Source: Candidatus Helarchaeota archaeon
Lineage (GTDB): Archaea; Asgardarchaeota; Lokiarchaeia; Helarchaeales; RDOG01
Assembly (NCBI GenBank): GCA_019058315.1
Contig: JAHPZH010000002.1
Coordinates: 672,001 to 736,000, forward strand
Direction of reading: 5' to 3'
Length of the DNA stretch: 64,000 nt
Both the position numbers and the translations under genes were made by a program. The notes beneath the pieces were generated by a model. It saw only the letters and a list, made by a program, of their open reading frames with translations. It was not told where the DNA came from and did no database searches. Positions within the stretch are counted from its first letter, which is position 1. Each line of letters starts with the position of its first letter. Below are positions 27,456 to 37,539 of this stretch, piece after piece.

Positions 27456-29249
27456 ATTAGTAAAATTTTACGTATAAATATGAGTGATCTTTCACATAAA
27501 TGGGAAGAACTGCCATCAAAATATGAATCTCTTGCAGGTCGTGCTTTTACATCAACTATTGTTGCTGAAGAAGTAGATCCTACATGCCATCCATTAAGAG
27601 AGTTCAATAAATTCGTGGTATCTCCAGGACTTTTAGCGGGTACCTTTGCACCATCATCTGGAAGATTAAGTGTGGGAGGGAAGTCACCCCTTACAGGTGG
27701 GATAAAAGAAGCCAATGCAGGTGGCCTAACGGCAACTAAATTGGCTTTTATCAATATTAGGGGCATTATTATTGAGGGAATTCCCTCTGCTGGCACTAAA
27801 GATTGGTATAGTATTTTATTACGGAAAGATAAGTGTGAAATTATTAAAACAAATGATTATGCTGGTATAGGTCTTTATGATCTTTTAACTAAGATCTGGA
27901 AAGATTATCCTTCAAAACCTGGTATAATTGGTTGTGGTATGGCAGGTCAACGGCTATCTAAAGGAGCGGGCGTTTTTGGTAATAATATTGAGAATACTGA
28001 CCCTGGAAGATATGCAGGAAGAGGTGGACTTGGAGCTGTTCTTGGCTCAAAAAGAATCGTAGCTATTATCTCCGATGATACTGGGGGCACAAGACCAGAA
28101 CCTAAGGATAAAGAAAAATTCGACAATGGAAGAAAAAAACTTCGAGATGCTCTGAATGAACACCCTGTAACTGGACGACTCAAAGATGCCGAAGGAAATC
28201 CATTTGGCGGTTTAAAAAATTTTGGTACTAACATCTTACAAAATATAATAAACGAAGCAGGAGCTTTACCGACAAAGGGATTTAAAGAAGGGCGATTTGA
28301 ACATGCTGCCAAAATTTCAGGTGAAGCTGTTCATGAACTTGTTGATAAAACTCTTGAAAATTTTGGTGAAAAATCAGAAGGTATTTACGGTCATCCGTGT
28401 CATCCCGGCTGTGTAATGGCTTGCTCTAATGTAGTTCCATATGAAAAAACGGGGAAAGCACAAGTTTCACCTTTGGAATATGAATCAGCATGGGCTTTAG
28501 GAAGTAATCTAGGTATTGGTGTACTACATGATGTAGCGGAGCTCAATAGATTGTGTAATGATCTTGGTCTTGATACAATTGAAACTGGCAATACACTCGC
28601 TATGCTTATGCAAGGTGGACTTCTTAAATTTGGAGATGGTAAAGGTGCTATCGAAGCATTAAAGCAAGTTTATGATGAAAATTCAGCTCTTGGTAGACTT
28701 GTTTGTTCCGGTGCACTTACGGCTGGTCAAGCTTTAGGCGTGACAAGAATACCAGTAGTTAAAGGTCAATCCTTCCCGGCTTATGATCCACGAGCTATTA
28801 GTGGAATAGGGGTAACATATGCAACATCACCAATGGGTGGAGATCATACCGCTGGTTATACAATAGCTGCAGAAATACTCGGTATAAAAGGAGAAAGAGA
28901 AGATCCTCGTAAACTCGAAAAATCTGATTTATCTCGTGCTTTTCAAGCTACTACAGCATATATAGATTCAACTGGTTATTGTTTATTTATAGCTTTTTGC
29001 ATCCTTGATATGGATGAAGGTTTTGGGGGCATGACGGATACTGTAAATGGTTTTCTTGGTAAAGAGATCGATGTTACTGAATATGGAATGAATATTTTGA
29101 AAAAAGAGTATGACTTTAATCGCCGAGCAGGATTTACAAAAAAAGATGATAGACTTCCTGAATTCTTCTATAAAGAGCCTATACCACCACACAATGTCAC
29201 CTTTGATGTTCCTAATGAAGAATTAGATAAAGTTTTCAAGGATTTTTAG
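27456..29249 (+). CDS. aor: Tungsten-dependent aldehyde:ferredoxin oxidoreductase
   Basis: 'KSPLTGGIKEANAGG', 'GRGGLGAVLGSK', 'CHPGCVMAC', 'EYES', 'GLDTI', 'YDPR', 'DDRLP'. Likely starts at ATT 27456 (SKILRINM); first ATG is at 27480. Confidence 0.92.
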   Translation: MSKILRINMSDLSHKWEELPSKYESLAGRAFTSTIVAEEVDPTCHPLREFNKFVVSPGLLAGTFAPSSGRLSVGGKSPLTGGIKEANAGGLTATKLAFINIRGIIIEGIPSAGTKDWYSILLRKDKCEIIKTNDYAGIGLYDLLTKIWKDYPSKPGIIGCGMAGQRLSKGAGVFGNNIENTDPGRYAGRGGLGAVLGSKRIVAIISDDTGGTRPEPKDKEKFDNGRKKLRDALNEHPVTGRLKDAEGNPFGGLKNFGTNILQNIINEAGALPTKGFKEGRFEHAAKISGEAVHELVDKTLENFGEKSEGIYGHPCHPGCVMACSNVVPYEKTGKAQVSPLEYESAWALGSNLGIGVLHDVAELNRLCNDLGLDTIETGNTLAMLMQGGLLKFGDGKGAIEALKQVYDENSALGRLVCSGALTAGQALGVTRIPVVKGQSFPAYDPRAISGIGVTYATSPMGGDHTAGYTIAAEILGIKGEREDPRKLEKSDLSRAFQATTAYIDSTGYCLFIAFCILDMDEGFGGMTDTVNGFLGKEIDVTEYGMNILKKEYDFNRRAGFTKKDDRLPEFFYKEPIPPHNVTFDVPNEELDKVFKDF

Positions 29250-29287
29250 TTCTAAACATATGTTTAGAACCTTCAATCTTTTTTTTA
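29249..29287 (+). terminator. Perfect 22-bp palindrome followed by a T-tract after aor
   Basis: gttctaaacatatgtttagaac (29249-29270), then a T-run at 29279-29287. Confidence 0.55.
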
Positions 29288-29329
29288 CCTAACAAGGTTT
29301 ATATTATTATAATAAATGGTATTATAGAA

Positions 29330-29638
29330 ATGATTGAAACACATCTCTATGGTAAACTTAGGGCTTTAGTTCCGGGGAGTAAATGTAGTGACGATACCAT
29401 ATTAAATTATGAATATAAAGAGGATGAAACATTCAAACAGTTTATAGAACGAATTGGATTAAAAGCAACAGATCTTGGTGATTGTTTTATAAATGGGACT
29501 TTAGCAAAGCAAACTACTGTACTTCACGACGGAGATAGAGTTGCCTTATTTCCTTTTAATATGGTACTTCTTTGTGGTGGTCAACACTTAAAAGGACATG
29601 GTTATACTCAACGTGATATGAAGATTGATTATTATTAG
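29330..29638 (+). CDS. MoaD/ThiS-like ubiquitin-fold protein with C-terminal extension
   Basis: 'HLYGKLR...FING...LHDGDRVALFP', then 'NMVLLCGG' plus 18 further residues. Confidence 0.75.
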   Translation: MIETHLYGKLRALVPGSKCSDDTILNYEYKEDETFKQFIERIGLKATDLGDCFINGTLAKQTTVLHDGDRVALFPFNMVLLCGGQHLKGHGYTQRDMKIDYY

Positions 29639-29649
29639 TTGATTAGCCT

Positions 29650-29892
29650 ATGCAAGTATCCGTGAAACTTTATGCAACACTTCGTAAATTTGCTCCAGCT
29701 GGAACAGATATAGGGGAAAGTTTCACAGTAAATCTTGAAAAGGGAATAATTTCAGAATTGATTGATCGATTAGGTATTCCAGAGAATCAAGCTCGTATAA
29801 TATTAATAAATGGTACTCATGCTTCAGATAAGGAGGAAAAATTAAAACCAAATGATTTAATAGTTATATTCCCCCCTATGGGCGGTGGATAA
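29650..29892 (+). CDS. moaD: MoaD/ThiS-family sulfur carrier
   Basis: 'VSVKLYATLR...LING...IVIFPPMGGG'; adjacent to aor. Confidence 0.85.
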   Translation: MQVSVKLYATLRKFAPAGTDIGESFTVNLEKGIISELIDRLGIPENQARIILINGTHASDKEEKLKPNDLIVIFPPMGGG

Positions 29893-30121
29893 AGTCTAAT
29901 TATTTCTCATCCTTTTCTATTTTTTTAAATTCTTTATTATAATATATTTAATCAAGAGACCTTAAGCTTAGAAAGACAATAATCTTATCTTTTTTTTATT
30001 TTAAAGCTAGGAAATTTCAAATTATGAACTAAAATTAATAAAATTGTTTAGATTAATGAACAAATAATCTTTAAATTCAAATTTTCTATTCTTTTTAAAG
30101 TTAATAACAACTTGTTTACAT

Positions 30122-31216
30122 TTGATTATTAGCTTTTTTTTTGAAAAAAATAACAACTATTTTATGGAGATTATTATGGCTGCACCACTTTGGGTAGAAC
30201 TTATAGTTTTACAATCTATAATCGGATACTGTTTCGCTATAGCAAATGGATCTATTGGAATTTATAATATAAAAGATTTGAACTTAATGAAAGGTGATAT
30301 TGTAACCGTTAAAGCGCATAAATTATTTGGTCGTATTGAAACAACGTTATTTTATGCTATCACAGTTCAGTGTATAATGATGATGATTCCCGGAGGAATA
30401 CTGAATCCAGGGTTCTATAATATTGGAAGTACGGCTGGAATTCACGTGATAATTGGAGGGATTTCAGGTAATATATTATTTGGAATAAAGTTTGTTAATG
30501 CAGCATTCAGAAAAAATACTATTTACAAATATGGGCAAATACTTGGACCAGTTGGCTTCATTGGTTGGAGTTTACCACATTGGACCAGCTTGGTAAATTA
30601 TTATTTTTATGCAGTTCCAGTTCATCAATTACCAATCTTTATTATACCTAAGAACTTTATTATTTCAGCTATTTTGCCAATCCCTGTCGGTCTATGCCTT
30701 TTTCTTACAGTATTAGTATATAAAGGTGGAGCAAAAGCACAAAAACGTTTTGATATTCACCAAATTGCTTTTATTCTACATGGGATTACTTTTGGTTACG
30801 AACGTGCTGCAAGAGATCTACTTGGAGAACCTGCATTATTTAAATATGTGGTTCCTAAAACATATCAATTTCTAGAAACTATGATGCATTTTATGGGATT
30901 TGAAATTAGGGAATTGGAATCAATGAACTTAAACGAAGCTATGGATATATTTATGAAGAGAGCTGCTAAAATAAATATGGCTGAAAAGATTAAGGTCAAA
31001 TGGAAATCCGATAAAATATTTGAAGTCGAATCTGTAAATTGTTCTACTGCAATTGTGAGAAGTTCTATGAAACCAGAAGAATTAGAAAATGCAATTTGCC
31101 CATGGGCTATCATTGCAGCGACTATTGTAAATAAAATTACTAATAAAGATTTAGAAATTGAACCTTCGGAATTTAATGAAATCGGTGCAAAAACAACTTT
31201 AAAAATAAAAGATTGA
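30122..31216 (+). CDS. Membrane protein (~5 TM) with C-terminal V4R-like/methanogen-output-like domain
   Basis: Hydrophobic N-half; C-terminal 'FEVESVNCS...ICPWAIIAATIV...EIEPSEF'. True start may be ATG 30176. Confidence 0.65.
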   Translation: MIISFFFEKNNNYFMEIIMAAPLWVELIVLQSIIGYCFAIANGSIGIYNIKDLNLMKGDIVTVKAHKLFGRIETTLFYAITVQCIMMMIPGGILNPGFYNIGSTAGIHVIIGGISGNILFGIKFVNAAFRKNTIYKYGQILGPVGFIGWSLPHWTSLVNYYFYAVPVHQLPIFIIPKNFIISAILPIPVGLCLFLTVLVYKGGAKAQKRFDIHQIAFILHGITFGYERAARDLLGEPALFKYVVPKTYQFLETMMHFMGFEIRELESMNLNEAMDIFMKRAAKINMAEKIKVKWKSDKIFEVESVNCSTAIVRSSMKPEELENAICPWAIIAATIVNKITNKDLEIEPSEFNEIGAKTTLKIKD

Positions 31217-31235
31217 AATATTTTTTTCCTTTTTT

Positions 31236-32354
31236 TTAAACGAAAAAATTTCGAAAGTCATTTACTTTTTTCATTATTGAAGTAAACTGAGTCTGCTCCT
31301 CTTCTGATAGTTCCGAATAATAAATTTTTGATAATATAGATCCTAATCCCCCTGTTTCTAAACTAGCAATCTGCATAAATGTAAAATATCCATTTATTGG
31401 AAAAGCGGTATACAGAAATTTATTGGAGAATAAAAATGTTGCAAATAATTTCTCTTTAAAAATTTGCTCTGTAACATTTTTGGATGTGTTAATTAATGTT
31501 ATGCAATCAGGAGGTATTAAATCATCCTTTAATTGATAAAGAATATCGTTAGAAATTTGAATTATTCCCGATTTATTAAAAAAGATAAAAATCTCGTTAA
31601 TATTTGATGTTAAATTACTTGGTTTCTTAATGAGTTTTTTTATTTTCTGGGGAGATATCATAGATATATTTAATTGATTTAGTAATTCGTGTTTCCTTTC
31701 CTGAAATACAATAATTTTTTCTGTAACTTTAAAGAGAAGACATCGATTTTTTTCAGTAACAATTAATGTCATTAAAGATTCTTCATTCATAATATCCGAA
31801 ATATTTCTATTTACTGATTTTAATAGAACCATTGCTTGAAAGCTTAAGTCGTCTCTATCGATATATCCTCTAGATTTAATATATAGAATATCACCAGTAG
31901 TCTTTTCAAGAAATAGAAAACATTTAAATTCTTCATCGGAATCAAATACGCTATTAAATTTTAGATAATCATAATAACCATATAAACTAAGTATTTCCTC
32001 AACATCATTTTCAAAATTCCTAAATAAGGACATATTTCCACTATATTTTTCTATTTCATTTTGGTATTGCTTTAAAAAACGGTCTTTAAGTTCTTTTAAA
32101 ATTAAATTAATAAATTTCTCATGTTTCTTCTCTTTTGTTAAAATTACAAAAATTAAATCACTTTCTTCTTCAAAAATAAAAGTAGTCGGATCTAAGTGTA
32201 TCCTCTTAATTTCCTCACCACGTTCTGATTTAGCAAACATATGAAATGCTGACAAAAATCCAGATATTAGGCCAAAATCTGTCTCCTCTTTTTCTTTCTG
32301 CCAGTTATAAAGAGGAACTCCCGAAGTATTAAGTATTAAAAATTGGTTAATCAT
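31236..32354 (-). CDS. Longin-domain protein (N-terminal longin plus further longin/roadblock-like modules)
   Basis: 'FLILNTSGVPLYNW...LISGFLSAFHMFAKS...LKDRFLKQY...YSGNMSLFRNF'. Confidence 0.75.
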   Translation of the reverse strand: MINQFLILNTSGVPLYNWQKEKEETDFGLISGFLSAFHMFAKSERGEEIKRIHLDPTTFIFEEESDLIFVILTKEKKHEKFINLILKELKDRFLKQYQNEIEKYSGNMSLFRNFENDVEEILSLYGYYDYLKFNSVFDSDEEFKCFLFLEKTTGDILYIKSRGYIDRDDLSFQAMVLLKSVNRNISDIMNEESLMTLIVTEKNRCLLFKVTEKIIVFQERKHELLNQLNISMISPQKIKKLIKKPSNLTSNINEIFIFFNKSGIIQISNDILYQLKDDLIPPDCITLINTSKNVTEQIFKEKLFATFLFSNKFLYTAFPINGYFTFMQIASLETGGLGSILSKIYYSELSEEEQTQFTSIMKKVNDFRNFFV

Positions 32355-32734
32355 TAGAAATAATTTCTTTTAATTTGTTAATAAATTTTTGATATTACAA
32401 ATTAGAAGATAATAATTAAGATATTTCCTAATTATCAACTATTATTTTATATTCCCAAAGTCTTTTGATTATCTCTGAAATTTTAGATTTTTTAACAATC
32501 TTTGAAATAGCTCCATATATTTTAATTGATCAATTATACCTATTTTCTTCTTTAAAATAAATTAGATTATTATAATTTGATTATAAATTAATTTTCTTAC
32601 AATAACACTTATTTCTTTAACCACAAATCACCTCAAAACAATTTATAAAACAAATATACCTTATTAGAAAGATTTTTATACTTTAAAAAAGAATGTAAAG
32701 TTGAACTTTATATAAAAACCACATTGAATAAAAA

Positions 32735-33865
32735 GTGAAAATAATGAAAAAAATAATGATTACTAAATCCGAAACTCCACGAATGTATAATAATTTCTAT
32801 GTAACATTTGGAAAAATTTTCATTCCTTGGATTATTAAACATATTAAAAATTTTCCCTCAATCATAAAATTGTTGATAGGATATAAGAAATCTGGAAAAT
32901 TAAGAAAAGAATGGGATAGAAAAGGAATTAAGGTTCCTGTATTTTTAATAATAAGCATTACCTCAAAATGCAATTTAAGATGCCTTGGATGTTATGCCGC
33001 AGCAACAGGAACAATTTGTAATAATGCGTTAAAGAAATCTCTTAATATTAGACATTGGCAAAGAATTATTAAAGAAGCTAAGGAACTAGGTGTTTATGGT
33101 TTTATTATTGCTGGTGGAGAACCATTCGTAATGTCAGATTTATTAAAATTAAATGCAGAAAACAAGGATAGATTGTTTTTAATATTTTCAAATGGGACTT
33201 TACTAAAAAAACAAGATTATGAGAATTTGAAGAAATTAAGAAATACTGCAATTATAATTAGTATTGAAGGTGACAGAGATTTAACAGATTCAAGAAGAGG
33301 CAAGGGAGTTTATGAGAAAGTAATTAGAAGTATACAAAATTTAAATAAACACGGAATTATAAATGGAATTTCGGTAACTATAACTAAGAATAATTTCAGA
33401 TTTTGGATGAATGAGAGAAATCTGGATAATTTAATAATGAAGGGTGTCCGATTAGGGTTTTTTATGGAATATATTCCTGTTGATAATAATACTGAATTAA
33501 TGTTAACAACTGAAGAAAGTAAAAAATTTAGAAAACAAATATTGTATTACCGAAAAAATAAAAAAATATTACTCATTCATTCACCGGGAGATGAAGAATA
33601 TGCGGGTGGATGTATTTCTGCTGGTAGAGGATTTGCACATATAACACCTTCAGGGGATCTAACTCCATGTCCCGTCTCTAATATAGCTACTCACAATTTA
33701 ACAAAGTCTTCTTTACGTGAAGGATTGAAAAGCCCTTTGTTTAAAATTATTAGAGATAATGAAAATTTATTAGAACCAAATGGCTCACCTTGTGCTCTAT
33801 TTTCTCATCAAAAAGAAGTAGATGAATTGGTTAAGGCAGTAAATGCATATCGAACAAGTAATTAA
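32735..33865 (+). CDS. Radical SAM/SPASM-domain protein
   Basis: CNLRCLGC motif, 'GGEPF', 'GCISAGRGFAHITPSGDLTPCP'. Confidence 0.92.
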   Translation: MKIMKKIMITKSETPRMYNNFYVTFGKIFIPWIIKHIKNFPSIIKLLIGYKKSGKLRKEWDRKGIKVPVFLIISITSKCNLRCLGCYAAATGTICNNALKKSLNIRHWQRIIKEAKELGVYGFIIAGGEPFVMSDLLKLNAENKDRLFLIFSNGTLLKKQDYENLKKLRNTAIIISIEGDRDLTDSRRGKGVYEKVIRSIQNLNKHGIINGISVTITKNNFRFWMNERNLDNLIMKGVRLGFFMEYIPVDNNTELMLTTEESKKFRKQILYYRKNKKILLIHSPGDEEYAGGCISAGRGFAHITPSGDLTPCPVSNIATHNLTKSSLREGLKSPLFKIIRDNENLLEPNGSPCALFSHQKEVDELVKAVNAYRTSN

Positions 33866-33898
33866 CCGTCGGATTTATATATTCTTATTTTTAAAGTA

Positions 33899-33923
33899 TG
33901 GAACAATATAGATTATTGTTCCA
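33899..33923. terminator. 10-bp inverted repeat between convergent genes
   Basis: tggaacaata-tagat-tattgttcca. Confidence 0.45.
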
Positions 33924-33988
33924 ATAAACTTCGCCTAAATCATAACCATAGGGATTAATAGCGCATATTAGCTACGAAGATCCTAATA

Positions 33989-34372
33989 TTACGGTAAAGC
34001 TTCTAATAGGTCTTCTTTGACTTGAGCTAATATTAATCTAATTCCACCAATACTTGGACATGCATGGCCAATAATGCATAAAATATAATTTTCTATAGGA
34101 ATTGATGTAATTTTCCCATGATCAAATTCAGCAATAACCCATTGAAAATTATTGAAATTTTTAGTCTTTTTAAATTTTTTATATTCATTAAAGACTTTAC
34201 CAGTTTTTGAGGCGATATAATCAAAATCCCATTGTTTTTCGATATTCGGATTCATTTTATATGATATAATTTTACCTTTTGCATCCATTAATAGTACAGC
34301 TTTAATGTCTGTCTCCCATTTTATCATTTTATTCAATATATTATTTATTTTCCCTAAATTAATAGATTTCAT
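33989..34372 (-). CDS. Roadblock/LC7-domain protein
   Basis: 'IKAVLLMDAKGKII...AEFDHGKI...ILCII...IGGIRLIL'. Confidence 0.8.
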   Translation of the reverse strand: MKSINLGKINNILNKMIKWETDIKAVLLMDAKGKIISYKMNPNIEKQWDFDYIASKTGKVFNEYKKFKKTKNFNNFQWVIAEFDHGKITSIPIENYILCIIGHACPSIGGIRLILAQVKEDLLEALP

Positions 34373-34391
34373 ATTTATTCATTTCACTGTT

Positions 34392-35222
34392 TTATTTTAG
34401 GTTATTCTTTAACTGTACTTTTTTTAATTTTAAATCTTTAGAATGTGCAACACATGCTTTTACGCCTTTCTTATAAATTTTTTGATCATTTTCTGTAAGC
34501 CATTTTAAACTTAGATCCAACTTTTCTAGTTTTGAGAGATTTTCCAAACCTTGAATTATAGTTATATCGTTGGTCTTAAGCGATAATTCCTTTAATTGAT
34601 GAAGGTTTTCTAATCCTTCAATTTTTTTTATCGCATTGCTGTAAAGGTTTAAAATTTCTAATTGTTTGAGATTTTCCAGTCCCTCAATTTTTTTAATTCG
34701 ATTTCCCGCAAGTGACAAATAATCTAATTGAGTAAGGTTATTCAATCCCTCAATTTTATTAATATTATTCCATCCAAGATTTAAATATTGTAATTTGGTA
34801 AGTGTTTCTAATCCTTCTATTTGAGTTATATCATTTAAGTTGAGGTTTAAATGCTCCAATTGAGATAATGTATTTAGGTTCTCTATTTTCCTTATTCTAT
34901 TTTCATCAAGAAGTAGTTGTTTTAACTGTTTAAGATTTTCTAATCCTTCTATCTTCTCAATTTTATTACATCCAAAACTTAAAGCTTGTAATTGAGAAAG
35001 ACAATTTAAGCCATTAATTTTAGAAATCTCGTTTCTATCAAATCCTATTGCTGTTAAATTAGAAAGATTATCTAATCCCTCTATCGTTTTCAAATTTTGA
35101 TCTGCTAAAATCAGACCTACAACTTGTCCATTCTCAATTATATAATCGTCTTTTTCTAAATTATATTCTTTTATAAGATGATTTAACGCTAATTCTTCAG
35201 GTTTTGATTTAATTTCACTCAT
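34392..35222 (-). CDS. Sds22-like LRR protein
   Basis: IxKIEGLE repeats. Confidence 0.9.
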   Translation of the reverse strand: MSEIKSKPEELALNHLIKEYNLEKDDYIIENGQVVGLILADQNLKTIEGLDNLSNLTAIGFDRNEISKINGLNCLSQLQALSFGCNKIEKIEGLENLKQLKQLLLDENRIRKIENLNTLSQLEHLNLNLNDITQIEGLETLTKLQYLNLGWNNINKIEGLNNLTQLDYLSLAGNRIKKIEGLENLKQLEILNLYSNAIKKIEGLENLHQLKELSLKTNDITIIQGLENLSKLEKLDLSLKWLTENDQKIYKKGVKACVAHSKDLKLKKVQLKNNLK

Positions 35223-35251
35223 ATAACCTCATCATTCAATAGAATTTTGGA

Positions 35252-36415
35252 TTAAGATTTATATTGGGGTAAATATACCACTTGAACATCACGATTTTCC
35301 ATCTCTTGAATGGCTTTCTTATTTTCTTCATCCTCAAGGTTTATATAATTATCGTATAATTCGACACTCTTTAATTTTGTAAGGTTTTCTAAGCCTTCAA
35401 TTTTCGAGATTTTATTTGAATCCAGATATAGTGTCTCTAATTCTGTGAGATTATCTAAACCTTCTATCTTTAAAATTCTATTAGACATTAAACTCAAAAT
35501 TTTTAAATTTACTAAATTTTCTAATCCCTCAATCTTCTCTATTTGATTTAATTGTATATTAAGGTATTCCAGGTTCGTTAACGCTTCAAGCCCTTCTATT
35601 TTTTTAATTTTATTTGTATCAAGGTATAATTTTTTTAAAGTTGTTAAAGTTTCCAAACCTGATATTTTTGGTAACCAACAATCTGAAAAACTCAATTCTT
35701 CCAAATTCTTTAAATGTCCAATATTTTCTATAGTTCCTAAATTGCATTCAGAAATAACCAATTTTTTTAGGTTAATTAAATTATCCAGACCTTTTATTCC
35801 TTCAATATTCCTCCGCCGTGATGTTAACCATAGTTCTTCGAGGTTAGTTAAAGCATCCAATCCTTCGATAGTAGAAATGTTATTATCTGATAATTCGAGA
35901 ATTTTAAGGTTTTTTAAGGATGATAAATTTTCTATCTTTTCTATTTGATTTTCTCTTAGATTAAGTGACTCTAAATTCGTAAGATGCTCTAATCCTTCTA
36001 TTTTTTTTAGATAAACTCCCTCTGAACCACAACCTTGTAAATTTAGTATTTTTAAATTTTTTAAATTATCAAGACCTTGAATTTTTTTAATCTTTGTGTA
36101 TTGCAAATTTAAGGATTCTAGGTTTTCCAAAGCTTCTAATCCCTTTATTTCTGAAAGATCAAAATTTTCATAAAGGTTAAGATATCGAAGACTCGTTAAT
36201 TTTGAAAGAAGTGTCATATCATTAAAATTAGCTGCTCTTAATCTCAAACCAGCTACTTTTCCATCTTCTATGTATATAGCCAAATCTTCAGATGATTTTC
36301 TCTTAAACATTACATAATTATCAAATATTTTAAACCATTCTTCTGTCTTTTTAGTATGTTTAATTATTAAATCAAGATTTTTTCTTTCTTTATCCTCTAG
36401 GTCATTTAAGCTCAT
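35252..36415 (-). CDS. Sds22-like LRR protein (paralog of 37540-38703)
   Basis: LRR repeats; shared N-cap 'WF.I.DNY...YIE..K..GLR' and C-cap; both 387 aa. Confidence 0.9.
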   Translation of the reverse strand: MSLNDLEDKERKNLDLIIKHTKKTEEWFKIFDNYVMFKRKSSEDLAIYIEDGKVAGLRLRAANFNDMTLLSKLTSLRYLNLYENFDLSEIKGLEALENLESLNLQYTKIKKIQGLDNLKNLKILNLQGCGSEGVYLKKIEGLEHLTNLESLNLRENQIEKIENLSSLKNLKILELSDNNISTIEGLDALTNLEELWLTSRRRNIEGIKGLDNLINLKKLVISECNLGTIENIGHLKNLEELSFSDCWLPKISGLETLTTLKKLYLDTNKIKKIEGLEALTNLEYLNIQLNQIEKIEGLENLVNLKILSLMSNRILKIEGLDNLTELETLYLDSNKISKIEGLENLTKLKSVELYDNYINLEDEENKKAIQEMENRDVQVVYLPQYKS

Positions 36416-36503
36416 GAAAAATCACCTCTTGTTGAAATTTTATAATTATATCTGTCTATTAATTCCTTGGGAGTAAATATACTACTTTATCTTCTTTTAT
36501 AAG

Positions 36504-37493
36504 TTAATCATCATCATTATCATAGACAAATACTTGACGATTTCTTAATTTTATTATCAATTTTTTTGATTTAGAGTCTAAATTCTGAATATTGCGTAAT
36601 CTTAATTCACGTAATAATGATAAATTAATAATTGATTTAGGTATAGTTGATATTTCATTACTAAATTCTAAGTTTTCCAGCGAGGATATATTACATATTG
36701 ATTCAGGGAAAGAGGTAAAAAGATTATGATTTAAATTGAGGTATTTAAGAGATTTTAAATTTCTTATTGACTCGGGGAGGTTTCTTAATTGATTATAACT
36801 CAGATGAACAATTTCCAAACTTGAAAGATTGCCAAATGATTCTGGAATTGTCTTTATTTGATTATCATTTAAATCTAGGTACTTAAGTAAAATTAAATTA
36901 CCAATTGAATCAGGAATCATAGATATATATTGATTGTTACCCAAAAGCAAATATCCAAGCATAATTAATTTATCCATTGAATCAGGGAGACTCTTTATCT
37001 GATTTTCAGATATATTTAAGTCTCTCAATTTTGTAAGATTACCAATTGATTCTGGTACAGTTGTTAATAAATTGGTTGCTAAACTTAACTCCTCTAGAGA
37101 TGTTAATTTCGAAATAAATTCTGGATATTCCGATAATCCATTAGCTGCTACATTTAATTCTTTTAAATTTATTAATTCTCCAATAATTTCTTGTAAAGGG
37201 TTTAATTCATTACCACCTAATGATAATTTTTCAAGTAATACAAGATTAGCTAATGAATCTGGTAATTCTGTCAACTTATTAGACCCCAAATCCAGTTCAT
37301 TTAGCATTTTTAGGTTACCAATTGAATCGGGAAGAGTTTCTAATTCATTATAATTTAAAAAAAGCTTCTTAATTAATTTAAGATTCTCCAAACCTTTTAC
37401 TTCATTTAAATCACTTATCTTCTTTTCTTTTAAGTTTAAAACCCCATTTTCTACATAAAATCTTTCTCCATTATATTCCACAAATTCATTCAA
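36504..37493 (-). CDS. LRR protein (LPxSIGNL type)
   Basis: 'LETLPDSIGNLKML.ELDL..N.L' repeats. Confidence 0.9.
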   Translation of the reverse strand: MNEFVEYNGERFYVENGVLNLKEKKISDLNEVKGLENLKLIKKLFLNYNELETLPDSIGNLKMLNELDLGSNKLTELPDSLANLVLLEKLSLGGNELNPLQEIIGELINLKELNVAANGLSEYPEFISKLTSLEELSLATNLLTTVPESIGNLTKLRDLNISENQIKSLPDSMDKLIMLGYLLLGNNQYISMIPDSIGNLILLKYLDLNDNQIKTIPESFGNLSSLEIVHLSYNQLRNLPESIRNLKSLKYLNLNHNLFTSFPESICNISSLENLEFSNEISTIPKSIINLSLLRELRLRNIQNLDSKSKKLIIKLRNRQVFVYDNDDD

Positions 37494-37539
37494 ATTGTGA
37501 GTTCACCTATGTATTTTTTCTTTATTATTTCTTTATAGA

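Noticed and set aside
27398-29192. Antisense ORFs over aor; similar short shadow ORFs occur over other genes
   Set aside because: They overlap well-supported genes on the opposite strand and have no recognisable motifs.
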